Below are positions 63,359-64,000 of a stretch of 64,000 nt of DNA, piece by piece; the stretch's first letter is position 1; each line of letters opens with the position of its first letter. Source of the stretch: a virus (lineage: Duplodnaviria > Caudoviricetes); IMG/VR virus record IMGVR_UViG_2884411467_000001, positions 1 to 64,000 of that record; one strand, given 5' to 3'. Below the pieces are notes generated by a model that saw only the letters and a list, made by a program, of their open reading frames with translations, had not been told where the DNA came from and ran no database searches. A program made the translations under genes and the position numbers.

Positions 63359-64000
63359 TCAGGTTCCGTAGGGCTTGGCGGCGGGCGAATTGCCGCTGAT
63401 GCTGTATGTGAATGGTGCTGCAGCCGGCTGGCCGTTCGGATGCGTCAGGGTGATGTTGAGGTCGTGCTGGACGTACTGCGTGCCTGATGCGCCGTATGCG
63501 CCGAGGCCGCCAGGTGCACCGCCGGTGTCCGGCATCGGCGTGCCCTGCAGTGCCTTCGCGTTGCCCTCGTGGTTGTAGATCGCCTGCTCAATCTTCTGGC
63601 GCGTCGCCGCATCAGTCAGGTCGATTCTCTGATTGGCGCCGTATCCCGTCCAGGCGACCAAGTCTCGGATGTAGGCCGCAACATCGTTTCCGTCTTCCTT
63701 GGGCGCCCATCTGTTGGCGACACCGGAGAGCGTGTTGATGCCGTGTTGCGCGTAGTTGGCGAGGTTGGCATCCGCCGCCGCCAGTCCTGCCTGCAAGCTA
63801 GGGAATACCGCGAAACCGCCATTCGATCTGGTTGCGCCCAGTCCCCTTGTGTAAGCGTTGAAGCGGAGGTTGCCGGGGTTGTTGTTCCTGATGCCGATCG
63901 GATCTCCACTGCGCGGAGCGCCACCGGTGATCGGGTCGAATTTGTTGCCGCCGCTGCCGGGCGATGCTGCACCTGCGCTGTCTTGCAGGTAGGCCGGCAG
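63359..64000 (-). CDS. C-terminus of a tape-measure-like protein with lytic domain (5'-partial)
   Basis: Manual reading extends the ORF beyond the track: GIRNNNPGNLR...GFAVFPS.QAG.AA...NL..Y...GINT...RWAP..DGND...YI. Confidence 0.7.
   Translation of the reverse strand: MPAYLQDSAGAASPGSGGNKFDPITGGAPRSGDPIGIRNNNPGNLRFNAYTRGLGATRSNGGFAVFPSLQAGLAAADANLANYAQHGINTLSGVANRWAPKEDGNDVAAYIRDLVAWTGYGANQRIDLTDAATRQKIEQAIYNHEGNAKALQGTPMPDTGGAPGGLGAYGASGTQYVQHDLNITLTHPNGQPAAAPFTYSISGNSPAAKPYGT

Overview
GC-rich proteobacterial accessory DNA; the tmRNA acceptor stem and gene families suggest Xanthomonadales (inference). (1) About 635-48222 is an apparently complete temperate prophage. It has a lambda-type head, a Mu-type contractile tail, a lysis cassette, Q, O/P-like replication genes, a cro/cI immunity region, an early-left operon, xis and int. 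It is bounded on the left by a tRNA-Ser(CGA) 3' half and on the right by a tmRNA 3' end, so the two att-like ends do not match. (2) About 48253-61800 is a tmRNA-adjacent island with a P4-type integrase and defence-like or decayed cargo: AbiTii-like, HNH, Schlafen/AlbA_2-ATPase, orphan antitoxins, a umuC remnant, a second SRAP, a serine recombinase and an orphan receiver. (3) 61858-64000 holds tail genes of a second phage. Main observations: an intact-looking diversity-generating retroelement (target-avd-TR-RT, 12 adenine-specific TR/VR differences) whose target is a small DUF1566 protein in the early operon rather than a tail fibre; and an immunity region in which CI carries Ala in place of the S24 catalytic Ser, with the lambda rexAB slot between cI and OL filled by a MASE1 membrane sensor (degenerate kinase) facing a secreted protein with a C-terminal C-x5-C tail. 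The latter is a candidate phage signalling or exclusion system. All family assignments are by motif recognition; no searches were run.
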